DNA from: Antechinus flavipes
Taxonomy: Eukaryota
Direction of reading: 5' to 3'
Assembly (NCBI RefSeq): GCF_016432865.1
Contig: NC_067398.1
Coordinates: 370,388,001-370,452,000, forward strand
Length of the DNA stretch: 64,000 bases
Shown: positions 47,584 through 58,810 of the stretch, one piece after another
How positions within the stretch are numbered: position 1 is the first letter of the stretch
Layout: each line of letters starts with the position of its first letter
Notes under the pieces: model-generated
Databases searched by the model: none
What the model was told of the DNA's origin: nothing
The model's input: the letters and a program-made list of their open reading frames with translations, nothing else
Position numbers and translations under genes: made by a program

Positions 47584-49086
47584 GTAAGTACCTCAGAAGG
47601 AAAGGGACCTTAGAAGCCATCTGGCCTAACCAATCTCATTTTGCAGATGAGTACACAAAGGTTAATTTATTTGCCTGAGATCACATAGGTAGCAAATGGT
47701 AGATCTGGAATTTGAACTTTGGTCATGATAGTTTGATCCATATTATGGATTCTTCCAAATCGTATATTTTCCTTGCCCTTGTATAGAATTCAGTTAGATG
47801 CTGGGTCATTTTTAAGTACAATTGGTAAGGAAATGTGCAGTCAATCAAATAGCAATTATTAAGCATCTACTGCCATGCACTGCATTACATTTGGGGGATA
47901 CAAAGAAAGACAAAAATAAACAAAAAATAAAAAAAAAAACACACAACAACAACAACAAAAAAGTTTATTGTCTAATTTGGGAGACAGCATAAAATCAAAA
48001 ATAAATATTATATGAGAAAGTAAGATAAATGTTAAGGATGTGTAAAATTCTGTTTAATTTAGCTTGCTCCTCTCAAATGAGTATTTTGGAGGAGGAAAGA
48101 GATGAATTGACTTATTTTGGAGAGACAATATCAAAAAGAAAAAGGACAATTTATTGAACCATTGTAATTGACTGAACACTACAACTGAATCAAGTTTGGG
48201 AGCAAAAGAGCCAGTTACAGTATCAGGAACTTCCTCTGCTCAATGTAAATTCTTCACTACAAATAATGGAAACATTTCAGTTATTCTTTATTCCAAATTT
48301 ACTTTCAATTCTTAAGTTTCTGTTTAATCAAAGGGATTCACTGTATCATATTTCTTTTGAGTCCTCCCTTCTATAATGTTGGGCATATAACAGGTGTCCA
48401 ATAAATTCTTATTGGTTTTTGAAACAAAAAGACTATGCCTTTCGATAATAGAGGAAGGGGAGATTTAAGATAGTTATCTGGATTGTTCAGACTGCTATGT
48501 AGGGGGAAAAAGATGACTTTCTGCATCTGATTTTTCAAGCTTAATAGTATTCAGTAATTATCTTAACTATAGAATTACTTTGATCTTACCTTTCTTGTAT
48601 AGCTATTCCTAAAAGTGCTTTGTTCCTTATTCTATAGCAGGATCATCTGTTTCCCCAGTAACAGAACTGAGGAACATGAATGTCTTGGAAATTGAGAGTA
48701 AAGTTTTCATTTCAATTCTACTTGGTTTTTTTTTTTTTTTTAATGAGCTAGGGTTCAATGTGATGGTGTTGTGAATGATTATAATTTTCTCTGTTTCCTT
48801 CTTCTCCACTTACCAATAGATACCTAGAAGTTATCTAAATTCCATCTGCACTTTAATATCATACCAGGGAGGAATAACATTGAAATAGAAAATTATTTAA
48901 TCAGGACAGACTAGAAAAACCAAGCTTTTCAAATCAATTCTATATCTCAGCATTCATTTGAAAATGAATTCTTTCATGATTCCTATTATAAAAGTCTGAG
49001 TAAACTCCTCTAAAATCTACTTTTCTGAAGCAAGAAAAGAGATCTCTTCTTTCCTTGAATCAAAAAAAAAAAAAAAAAAAAAAAAA

Positions 49087-50092
49087 GGTTAACAGAGCCT
49101 CCAGTGCATCTTTCCTTTTCATCTTTCCTAACAACTATCTGCCAGGATTGTACAGTTTTTGCTTATCTTTTTCCATTTCACAAATTCTGTTTTTCAGGGA
49201 ATTGTTTTCTTTTTCCCCTTCCATTTTCCAATCATCAAATCTATTTTTAAAGGAGTTATATGCTTTTTCCATTTCACTAAGTCTATTTTGAAATAATTTT
49301 TTTCAGATAATTTCTCTTTCCTTTTCTAAACCCTCTTGCAAAGTTCTCATTTCCTTTCCCCATTTTTTCCCCCTCTCTTTTAATATCCTTATAAATTTCT
49401 TCTAGAAGAGCCTTGTGTGATGGGGACCAATTTATATCACCCTTTGGGACTTTATCTGGAGATGATCTGCTTTTAATCTCTTCAAGTTTTGAAATCTGTT
49501 CTTCTCTTTCACCATGAAAACAATCTATGATCAGAGTTTGTTTTGCTTTTTTATTCATTAAAAAAAAAAAAAAGTTAGGATCTGCTTTTAGGGCAAGGGA
49601 GATTGTCCAAGCTCCAGTGACAGCACTGGGTCCATGCTGACTCACTTCTGGGGCTGACTGGGCATGGCTAGATCCTGTGAAATTCTGCCATTTCAGGGTT
49701 CACTATTTACCTTTTGTGTTTGTGTTGCATGTTTTCTAACTTCTCTGCTAATCTACTGACTCCTCAGGGTAGAGCATCCAACACTGCTGTAGATTCCTCC
49801 CTGTAGATTCTCTGACCACAGAGCCCATACCACCTTGGGCCTGTGCCACCTGCCCTGGGAATCTGTGTTCAGCCTGCTTGAGCTTGGCCTGCTTCCCTCT
49901 GGCACAGATTGAAGAGATCTTTTCTGGAGAACTTCGAAATTATCTTCTGCTGGTAATTTGTTGCTCTCCCAATATTCTTGGATTCTGGCAGTCCAGAGAT
50001 AATTCAGAGGCTAGATTTGCTGTTAATCTAAGGGTAATGAGAGAAGGTCAGAAAGAAATGTGTGTCCTCTCCATCATCTTGGCTATGCCACC
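49087..50092 (-). mobile_element. HAL1/L1 5'UTR + ORF1 N-terminus, 3'-truncated
   Basis: 5' end ...ccatcatcttggctatgccacc; ORF 49283..49645 has SPDKVPKGDINWSPSHKALLEEIYKDIKRE (marsupial ORF1 N-terminal type); stops abruptly at an A25 run (49062-49086). Confidence 0.7.
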
Positions 50093-50369
50093 ATATTTTA
50101 TAAGCATTTTGATTATAAGGACTTTTATTTCTTTTTGTACTTCTAGTACCTGGTTCATAACCTTAGTAGATGATTAACAAATATTTGTTGAACAATTGAT
50201 TGATTTTCCTCATTGTCCTTATAACACAATTTTTCCTCTTCTACACATATAGTGCCATAGGGATTCAAGCCTTTAGAATTTTCTCAGTGAGTGTCATTTT
50301 AAGTATATAAGCATTTTGGGAAATACAGACTGTTGATATCAAAAATTATATGTTAAATTTATAAATACC

Positions 50370-50501
50370 ATTTTAAAGTCTCCTACTATTATTGTATTAC
50401 TAGCTCTTTTTTGTTAATTTGATTAATTTTTACTTTGTGAATTAAAATGCTGTATGATTTGGACTGTATCAGTTTTATTGATATTGATCTGTTGTATAAA
50501 G

Positions 50502-50538
<37 letters not shown>

Positions 50539-50720
50539 ATATATATATAATTTCCTTATCTATTTTTGTTTATAATGCTAGTTTTTATTTTATTTTATTT
50601 TACTTTTTTGCTTTGTTTGATGGTACCTCTACTTTCTGAGACTCACATAATGCATAGAATATTTAATCTTATTTTTTATTTAAATTTTGTATATGCCTTT
50701 GCTTTTCAACTTGGTTTCTT
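50370..50720 (-). mobile_element. old L1 ORF2 endonuclease fragment with (CT)n
   Basis: aagtctcctactattattgtattac...aaaatgctgtatgatttgg...atttccttatct...tctgagactcacataatgcatagaat; same region as 39330-39580 of the young L1. Confidence 0.6.
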
Positions 50721-51500
50721 CTGAATAATCACACTTTGGAAGAGAAGCAACTTTTCCAAACATATTTCATCCTCTTTAGCTTCAGGAGCCAATAATATGG
50801 GAAACAACCCCGGTCACCAAAATTAATCAAGGGAGTAAACTATGCTCATTCATTAAGGTTTCAGGTACCATAAGTATATTTACGGGATATGCCTTTTACA
50901 TATCTTTAGACATAGTTAATCTTAATAAATTGAGTAGCAAACTCATCAAATTGCTTCTTTAGAATCATAATCAATTCTACTCTGCCACTATTTTAGAATG
51001 AATAGTTTAAGGAATATTATCAAAGTGGTATTAGGGATATTGTCTTTGATCTACAGGCACAAATTCTTTATCAGAGCTCCTCTGCTAATTGTGCCTAAGA
51101 CCACAAACAGTTTATAGTCTGATTCAAAGAACAATACTTTTTTTCTATTTAAAAATTATTTTAATCGTTTATTATTTTTCCAATTACAAGTAAAGATGGC
51201 AAAACTTCTACAGAAGCACATACAGCACAAAAATATAAGGAACACTGTTCCAAGATATACAATCCCATGATTTCACTGAAATAAAGTAATCTCTCTTGAC
51301 TTTATTTTTTTTCTTCTTCATTAGTGCAATGTGGATATCTATAAACCATCAAGTAAAGAAGATTTGCTTCTTTTTACTTTTATATGATGAATACTCTCAA
51401 CCCTATCATGGAAAAGAATGATAGGAAAGCTGATAGTATTCCCAAGTTTGACTCTCCTGTCTTCATATTATCAAAAATGAGTATTTGCTCCTGCTGCTGC

Positions 51501-51823
51501 TGTTTATGATGATAAAACATTGATGATTTCTATACTAGGCTATGTCACCACAATTGGCGAACACATTTTCTATGTGAACTTGCTACGTTGCTATGTGTTT
51601 GCTAGGTTAGCTTTCACTGGGAACATTGGCCATAAAAATCAAGATTCATATGAAGCAGTTATAGATAGTATCATTAGCCATCTCTATGCTGGAAAATCAT
51701 TGTAAATAAGTAAAACTAGACTTCATCAGGAAGTCTTCCTAAAGTAGTAAGACAAGGGCTTAGAGGAAAATAGACCTCTGTCTGGCACTCAACCAAAAGA
51801 GAATATACAAAGCAGGACTTACA
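51501..51823 (+). mobile_element. possible LTR of the Gypsy-like element
   Basis: TGT...ACA termini (tgtttatg ... ggacttaca), 40 bp upstream of the gag ATG; no second LTR and no clear PBS seen. Confidence 0.3.
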
Positions 51824-51862
51824 GGCTATTAGGATGATAATTGCTTATAGAACTGCTAGAGC

Positions 51863-52105
51863 ATGGCATCATTTCAAACTAGTCCACCTGAGAAATTCAA
51901 CTTCAGTAAGCCCAAAGAGTGACTGAAATAAATTAGGTGATTGGAAAGATTCAGAATCGCATCAAGCTGAGAGAGCAAGGGGAAAGGAATCAGATAAATA
52001 CATTAACACATACAGTGACGGATGAGGCAGATGACATTTTATGCTCCTTTAAACTGACTGATGAAGATCAGACAAATTAGAAATAGTTGTGGACAAGTTC
52101 AAGAC
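51863..52105 (+). mobile_element. decayed Gypsy/Ty3-type LTR-retrotransposon gag N-terminus
   Basis: MASFQTSPPEKFNFSKPKE*LK*IR*LERFRIASS* then, after a frameshift, NQINTLTHTVTDEADDILCSFKLTDEDQTN* and EIVVDKFK. Matches the recalled Gypsy gag motif PPE.F.F.KPEEWPKWIRRFERFRIASGL...QVNTLIY.MGDEADDIL.SF.L... Confidence 0.8.
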
Positions 52106-52589
52106 GTCTTTCTATTGTGTATTAAAAGGGAATCTCAAGAAGTAGTACCTAGAGAGGATGGACAAAGGAGTAATAGAATTAATTGTCTGAGAACTCCATT
52201 TTTTTCAAACCTCTTCTATGTTCCTTAAAAAGAGATCCTTGGCTTTGCATGTTGAAATAAAGCACAGTTATATAAAGAATTTGTGACTAAAACAATATCC
52301 ATGTAATGATAAAATAGCATTTTTATAAATAATTGCTATATGTTGGTATAGGCTTTAGTTTCTTTGCCTGGAGTAAAATGAAAATCATTAATTAGTTAAA
52401 TCATATAATACAAAATTGAGTAAAATTTTTTTAAAAATCTCAAACTACCCACACTTTAACCAATATTATCTATTCTCTATAGCCATAAGAACACTGGTTA
52501 ACATTCAAAGAAGAGAAAATAATTAGCAAATTCATATGTTAAAATTCTATTAACTCTTTCATTCTCACTGCTAACACTTGTTTGCTCAA

Positions 52590-52990
52590 TGTTGATAATC
52601 TCTCTGTTGGCTATCCCTTCTGCACTGCTCAGACTGTTATCACCTAGTTCCAAACCTCATCATCTCTTACTTGTTATTATTGTAATGACTAATCAACCCT
52701 AGCTAGTGAAATCTTCCATCATTGTCCAGTTTATATTGCATCCCCTCTATGATTTCTTCCATGAGTATTCTTGCTGGAAGTAGTTTGTCCCTCCTCAAAA
52801 TTTTTTCAAACACAGTTTCTGATTGTAAACTATTTTGCAAAATGTTTATTTGTATAGATGTCATATTTTGCAAGCCTATTGATTGCAAAATCTTCAGATC
52901 TTGTTTTACTTTTGCATTCCCAGAAGCAAACATAGTGCTTTGTGTATAATAAGTGTTTAATATATGTTTGGTGAACTGAACTGAATTGAA
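52590..52990 (+). mobile_element. L2 3' fragment
   Basis: ctgctcagactgttatcacctagttccaaacctcatcatctcttacttg...; tail cttttgcattcccagaagcaaacatagtgctttgtgtataataagtgtttaatatatgtttggtgaactgaactgaa. Confidence 0.55.
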
Positions 52991-53262
52991 AGAAATCCTT
53001 CCATTTTGGTTAGACAGTCAGAACACAAAAGTATTTACTGAAAGAAAATATAGTATTATGGAATTCAAAGATTCTTGTGGGAAATAAAAATATGTCTATT
53101 TTGTTAATGTTGTTGAGATGTAATATTTTACTTAAACCAGCAAGTAATCAGCTTGCATAGTTTCTAAAGGTAGACAAGTAAAACATTTGCATAACAAGCA
53201 AGGCTGATTTTATTTGGCAAAATATTTGCTTCTCATCATAAGTATGTCCTCTCTTTCCACAG

Positions 53263-53282
53263 GTCTGGAGGATGGTAACTGA
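53263..53282 (+). other. candidate small exon (12 nt to a gtaact donor) or start of a terminal exon
   Basis: tatgtcctctctttccacag|GTCTGGAGGATG|gtaact; strong acceptor, moderate donor. Confidence 0.3.
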
Positions 53283-53694
53283 TAATGGTTTCAAAAAGGG
53301 TTGATACTCTGGCACACATTATACTAATCAAGGAAAACTTTTGGAGATAGAGCAATTTTGGAAGGCAAGATAACCCTTAAATTAAAAAGAAAGTTAATTT
53401 TTAAAAAAAGGGAAATGCCATTATTACGTAGTATGTTTTCTTCCCTGAATCCTTATGCTATAGCTAAGTCACTTCAGTCATGACCAAACTTAGTCCTTTT
53501 GGATTTTTAGAGATTTCAAAGTAATTAGGTAATGAACAAGTAATCATCACATGTTTAAACACTCATTAAGTTAGAAACTGAGTACAAGATCACAACTGGG
53601 TAGCACTGGGGACACATCACTTTTTTGGGACAAAGGCCCTTCTTCCTTCTCAGCAAACAAACAAAAACAAAACAGAACCATTCCTTACAATGTT

Positions 53695-53925
53695 TTTTTG
53701 CTGATTAGTCATTTTCCAATTGGGTCTGATTCCTTGTGACCCAGTTTGGGGTTTTCTTGGTAAAGATACTGGAGCAGTTTGTCATTTTCTACTCCAATTC
53801 ATTTTATAGATGAGGAAACAGACAAACAGGATTAAATAATTTGCCGAGGGTCACACAGCTAGTAAATTTCTGAGACTACATTTGAAATTATTTCAGACCT
53901 AGCACTCTCTTCACTGTGCCATCTA
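53695..53925 (-). mobile_element. MAR1 SINE
   Basis: gtgacccagtttggggttttcttggtaaagatactggagcagtttgtcatt...ttttatagatgaggaaac...gggtcacacagctagtaaat. Confidence 0.85.
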
Positions 53926-54699
53926 ACCTTTCCACTTGTTACAATGGTTGAAACTATACTAAACATATTTCTAGAATGTTTTATAATGTATATGACATTT
54001 TAAAAACAAAAATCCTATGCGACAGAATTCTTAAGAATGATCACCTCCCTTTTTTATATTTGAGACTAAGATCCAGAGATATTAAAAGATCCTCAAATTT
54101 ACCTAACTAGTATGAATTAAAAGAATTTATTAAGTGTTTTGTGCGCCAAGCACTGTGCTATATTCTAGGTATATAAATTCCTAAGCAGGCTAGAATTTTG
54201 TTCTCATAAAGCTTACATTCTAAAGAAAGAGATGATGAATAGGAAGGGATAGCCAGAGAAGAGAGTTATTACCATGTGAGCTACAGGAACAGTGATTAAA
54301 GCCATAGAACAATTGATTACCATACCTTTTAAAGCAACGTAATGTTGATTTAATTATGTTTCTTTGAAACACAGCGAAGACATATATATATTTCCCAATA
54401 GATTAGATGGCAAGAAATTTAAGGTGAAAGAATTGAAGGCATAATATAGGGCTGGCTAGTTACAGGTGTGATTGTAGTCATTTGTTCTTTAATCCTAAAC
54501 TCTAATTTCAAATCTAGTGGAAAAACTAGTGCATGAAGGTAGACATAATCTCTAGAGGCCTTGTTTGGAGGGTTCTGTTCCAATTAAGAAAATGGGTATA
54601 AGCAAAATAAATAACTAAATTAAATAAAATAGGCAATTCAGTGTCTAGAAAGGTTTATTTATCATGGCCTAGATTTCATTAGGACCCTCCTTATGTCCC

Positions 54700-55977
54700 T
54701 AACTCATTTTTCTAGTATTATATCCCTCTGATTTCCCATATGAACTTCTTTTTCTGTCAAGAGATCAGCAGCATTCTTAATCATCCATCGGTCCTCTGGA
54801 ATTATGTTGATTATTTTGTTCATCAGAATTTTTTCCTTTCATAGCTATTTTCAAATGGTTGTTGTTTAAGTATAAGTTATTCTCCTGACTCTGCTCACTT
54901 CACTCTGCATCAGTTAAAAATGAATGCCTGTCTACTCACCCTGCCCCTTCCTCACTTGTTTCTTTCTCACTTTGTCTCTTTTTTCTCACTCTTTTCTACT
55001 TTCACTTGTTATCATGTGAGAAAATAAGTTCTACCTCTATTCTTAGCATTTTCCCTATGGTGTATACTTTTCTATCTCTTTTTCCTTTTTCTTTTTAAAG
55101 ATCATAACAACATTACAAAAATCTTCCTTTTTTTTCAATTCTTTTATCTATCATTCTCATTTCACTTAAAATAGTTTAAATTAATAAAAAATCTTTACAA
55201 ATTCTAGGAATTTGAGTGGATAAGCATTTTTTTTAGACTTTGTTATAGGTGTTTATTAATTTCCTCTTTTGGCTTTGAGTTTTGATATCTTTGACCTTAT
55301 AATAGATTTTTTTTATTTTTTAAAAATTATCTGCTCTCTGCAAACATGTGGGAAATGTGAGAACTGACACTAGGATTTTGGTACTTTGAAGAAACTCCTT
55401 ATACTGCTATCTAGGGCAGTAGACTAATCTACATTCTGTTCTAGGTCAACCAGATCTTGAAGTTCTGGGAATTTAATCTATGTTTCTGGCTCCCCTGAAA
55501 TATCCCAAGCAGCTGGACTTGTAGAGGTCCAAGTCAGAAATTAGCTCTTGATATCTTTGTATTTTATATCTTGTGACCTGGACACTGTCTGTTTTCCACC
55601 TTTTTTTGTGTCTTCAAACTTTGGCCCACATCAGGACACAGGGGACTGAATCAATATTCTTGCGCCCACTGGAAGATTTCTTGATGTTGATATGGAACAT
55701 CAGCCCTGGATGTTTCTGGGATGCTTGTCTAGTTTGGAGCACTGAGCGTTGTGTTGATGATCCTGGCCAAGTACTGTTCCACGGTTCCTGCTCTGGTTTC
55801 TTGCCTGGAAATTGAATTTATAATCTTCGATTACAAAGATGACTCACTTCAGTTTCTCTTTTGATTTTCCAATCACTATTTGGTCTGACATTCTCCTTGG
55901 ATTATTGTTGGAATAGTGATCAGGGAGCTGAGCTGTACTACTTCCTCCTACCATCTGCCATCTTGGCTAGCCTCCCC
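54700..55977 (-). mobile_element. degraded L1/HAL1 pieces (5' end at 55977; 3'-UTR-like fragments about 54700-55300)
   Basis: ctacttcctcctaccatctgccatcttggctagcctcccc is an L1-type 5' terminus; ctcctgactctgctcacttcactctgcatcagtt is L1 3' sequence. Confidence 0.5.
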
Positions 55978-57272
55978 ATCAAAATGAGTTGTATAAAACA
56001 TGTTGATTTTATTACTGGTTGTGAACTTCCAACATTATGCTCAAAATACACAAGACTAATAAGTCTGAAACACCTAAAGAATCTTAATTACTCAGTGAAT
56101 CTAGTATTTTAGGGTCCAATTTTCAAATGGTACCAGAGGCAGGAAAGATCACCCAGGATTACATTGAAAAATTATTACACAGAATATACAAAGCACATTT
56201 GTAAGCCATTGTAATTGAATTTTAGTTTTCAGGATATGACAGTGAAGCTTCAGAATAGATCATAGATACTAAAATCTGACAAACTAGTGGATTCACTTTT
56301 ACTTGCTGTCTTTCTGAGAAAACTGAAGGTCAATTATTTTGAACCATAGGAGTGTAGGAATATAAGCTTGGTGCATGGTGAAATGGTATGGATTGGATAT
56401 GTTCGGATATATATTCAAAATAACCTCAAAGAACATGAAAATACTGAGTTCTATCTGAAATAGGATTTCAACTTAGGACTTTTTGACAGTAAGTGCTGTG
56501 GTCTACCCATTGCATCACTTGATTTCTTGAATCACACTTTTGTGGGGCAGCATTAGATGTAGCTACCAGCAAATTCTAGTTAAATAGCCTAAGACTGGCC
56601 TTTTGATGATTTAATTACTAAGGGAGAGAGAGTCAAGTATAAATAAGCTTCCAGGATTTCTATAATGAAGACTGTAGGATTTAATAAGAAATCAAACAAT
56701 CATGGAAGCAATCAACAAGGATTTATCAAGTTCCTAATATATGCTAGGTACTAAGCACAAGAAGACCTGTGTTCCAATTCTTACTTAAAAACTGAGTAGT
56801 TTTGCAATCCTGAGGAAGTCCCATAATCTCTCTGATTCTCAATTCCCTTTCTATCAAGTTAACTGGTATAACTAAATGGTTCTTGGGTCTCTTTTAATTC
56901 TAATTTTAAGATTATATAACTTGAGACATATATTTTTATGTAATCTATGATTCTTAAAGATAAATTTTCTTATTTCTTTTTTTCCCCATCCCCTGAAGTG
57001 CCAATCAGCCAAAAGGCATTTGTGTTTTCCTTCCTTGGGCATGTGGTATTCTTTGGCTCCCTACCCTAAGCCCCACCTCAGTTAGTAGGACCCTAACTTT
57101 CTTATGAGGGCTGGTTTTATAATAAGGTCTTACAGAAATAGGAATCCATTCCAAGACCATGTACCATAAGCCTTGTGTTTGTTTGAGAATCCACACATAG
57201 TAGCCTAGATTGAGAGACTAAGTAGATATAGTACTTCTAGGCTCATGTTCCAAGGAGATCTGACCTACCTAA

Positions 57273-57390
57273 CCTCCTTTCCTTCCTTCCTTTCTCCTTC
57301 ACTTCTCTCCTTTCTTTTCTTCCTTCCTCTTTCCCTTTCTTTCTTTCCTTCCTTCTTCCCTTCCCTTCCTCCTTCCCTCCCTCTCTTCCT
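57273..57390. repeat. (TTCC)/(CT)-rich polypyrimidine tract
   Basis: cctccttttccttccttcctttctccttc... Confidence 0.9.
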
Positions 57391-57649
57391 GTCCATTATT
57401 GTAAATATATCTATTTGGGAGTGGACTGAGGTCTATATACTGGGTAGGAAGACAGTCTGTGAGAAAATTGTAATTATAATGTGGAGACAACTAGTCATCA
57501 AGTCTTATGGGAGTTTCTTCTATTTTTCCTGTAAGACAGAGGACCATAATCAAAACAGCGCCATTGGGTATCTCCTAAGTCTTCTCAGGCATTTCTTGTG
57601 GAACAAATTTATATTGGTATTAACAGCTTCCCAAGGTAGCTTACATACC

Positions 57650-58380
57650 CTTAGATAAAGGTGTCCAAATAAAGCTTCATAAATACCATTGATTATTCCC
57701 TGCAGGTCCACCTGTCACACATGATTCACTATCTTCCTGTCCTACCCCATTTTTCAATGAGTCTCTCTCTACTGACTGGATGTTTCTGTTATATTCCTTT
57801 GTCTGCTCCATTTTCTGAGTCTTACTAGAAAACTCTTGCCTGGGAAATTTATGACTCTGTGATTCTATCCCTTTATTCTAACTTCTCTATTACTATGCTT
57901 TTGGACTTGCATCTATTCCCATCATTCAATCAGCTGATCATAGAGATTAACAGTAACTCTATCATTCCTACCAAGTCTTCTGGGACCAAAAATCAATTCT
58001 TATTCCTGGTTCAAGTCTTTCCAAATGTATTCCCCATGACTACCTCATCCCAACCCAGAACCAGTCAAACTATCTAAATTTATTGATATAGATATTAGTG
58101 ACCAATTTTCCTTTATGTTTCTAATACTGGCTATTGTATCTCATTTATGTTGTGACTACTCACATCATAAAACTCTAACCAATAAACTTCCCATAACTCT
58201 TCATAATGTGTTCCTCTACAACACTAAGGGAACAATCTACCTAAGTGTAAATCTTCTTGATTTATTTATTTTGGGGTCACCTGAGCTCAACCTGATGCAA
58301 AATTACAAAACAGTGCCTAAAAGCTTACTTTTCCTGTTAAACCATTCTTTCCTTTCATAGTTCCTTAAATACAAGCAACA
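57650..58380 (+). mobile_element. L2 fragments
   Basis: ctctactgactggatgtttctg...cctgggaaatttatgactctgtg...tcctggttcaag...ccaataaacttcccataactc. Confidence 0.4.
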
Positions 58381-58721
58381 ATATTGCATCAGACTTATGT
58401 GGACCTGGGGCTTTAGCCATCATGATGAGATAAATGGCTTGATCTTGCTTTCAATACTTGCTTGCCAATCACATCCTACAAGTCACACACATCTTCCTTG
58501 AGCCTTCCTTCTCTGAGACAGGAGGTCAGTGAAACAGAAAAAGAGTACTATCATCATTACAACTATTATGTATCTGGGACTCTCAAAAACACTGTGTGCT
58601 TGAGGGGTCATTCTTATAAAACTTCCTTGTCATAGCTGTGACCCATGCTGTCTCAAAGAGGCAGTACCCAAGATTTCCCAGACTGGAAAGCTAATTTCCG
58701 GCAACTTGAGCCAGAACTTAC

Positions 58722-58810
58722 TATAGACACAGCAAATAAGATGCCTTAGGTGAATAGAAAACATAGCAATATTGAGTTGTTCTTTGCCTATATTCCCAAA
58801 GGTTAATATC
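58722..58810 (-). other. candidate 89-nt minus-strand exon (possibly a pseudoexon)
   Basis: tgtttctgtgtctcttttag|GATATTAAC...GTGTCTATA|gtaagt; two frames open (DINLWEYRQRTTQYCYVFYSPKASYLLCL). Confidence 0.25.

Noticed and set aside
48590-48666. In-frame TGA (FCYWGNR*SCYRIRNK) suggesting a selenoprotein exon
   Set aside because: No selenoprotein family motif (CxxU, UxxC) and no SECIS identified; one TGA in a short frame is expected by chance.
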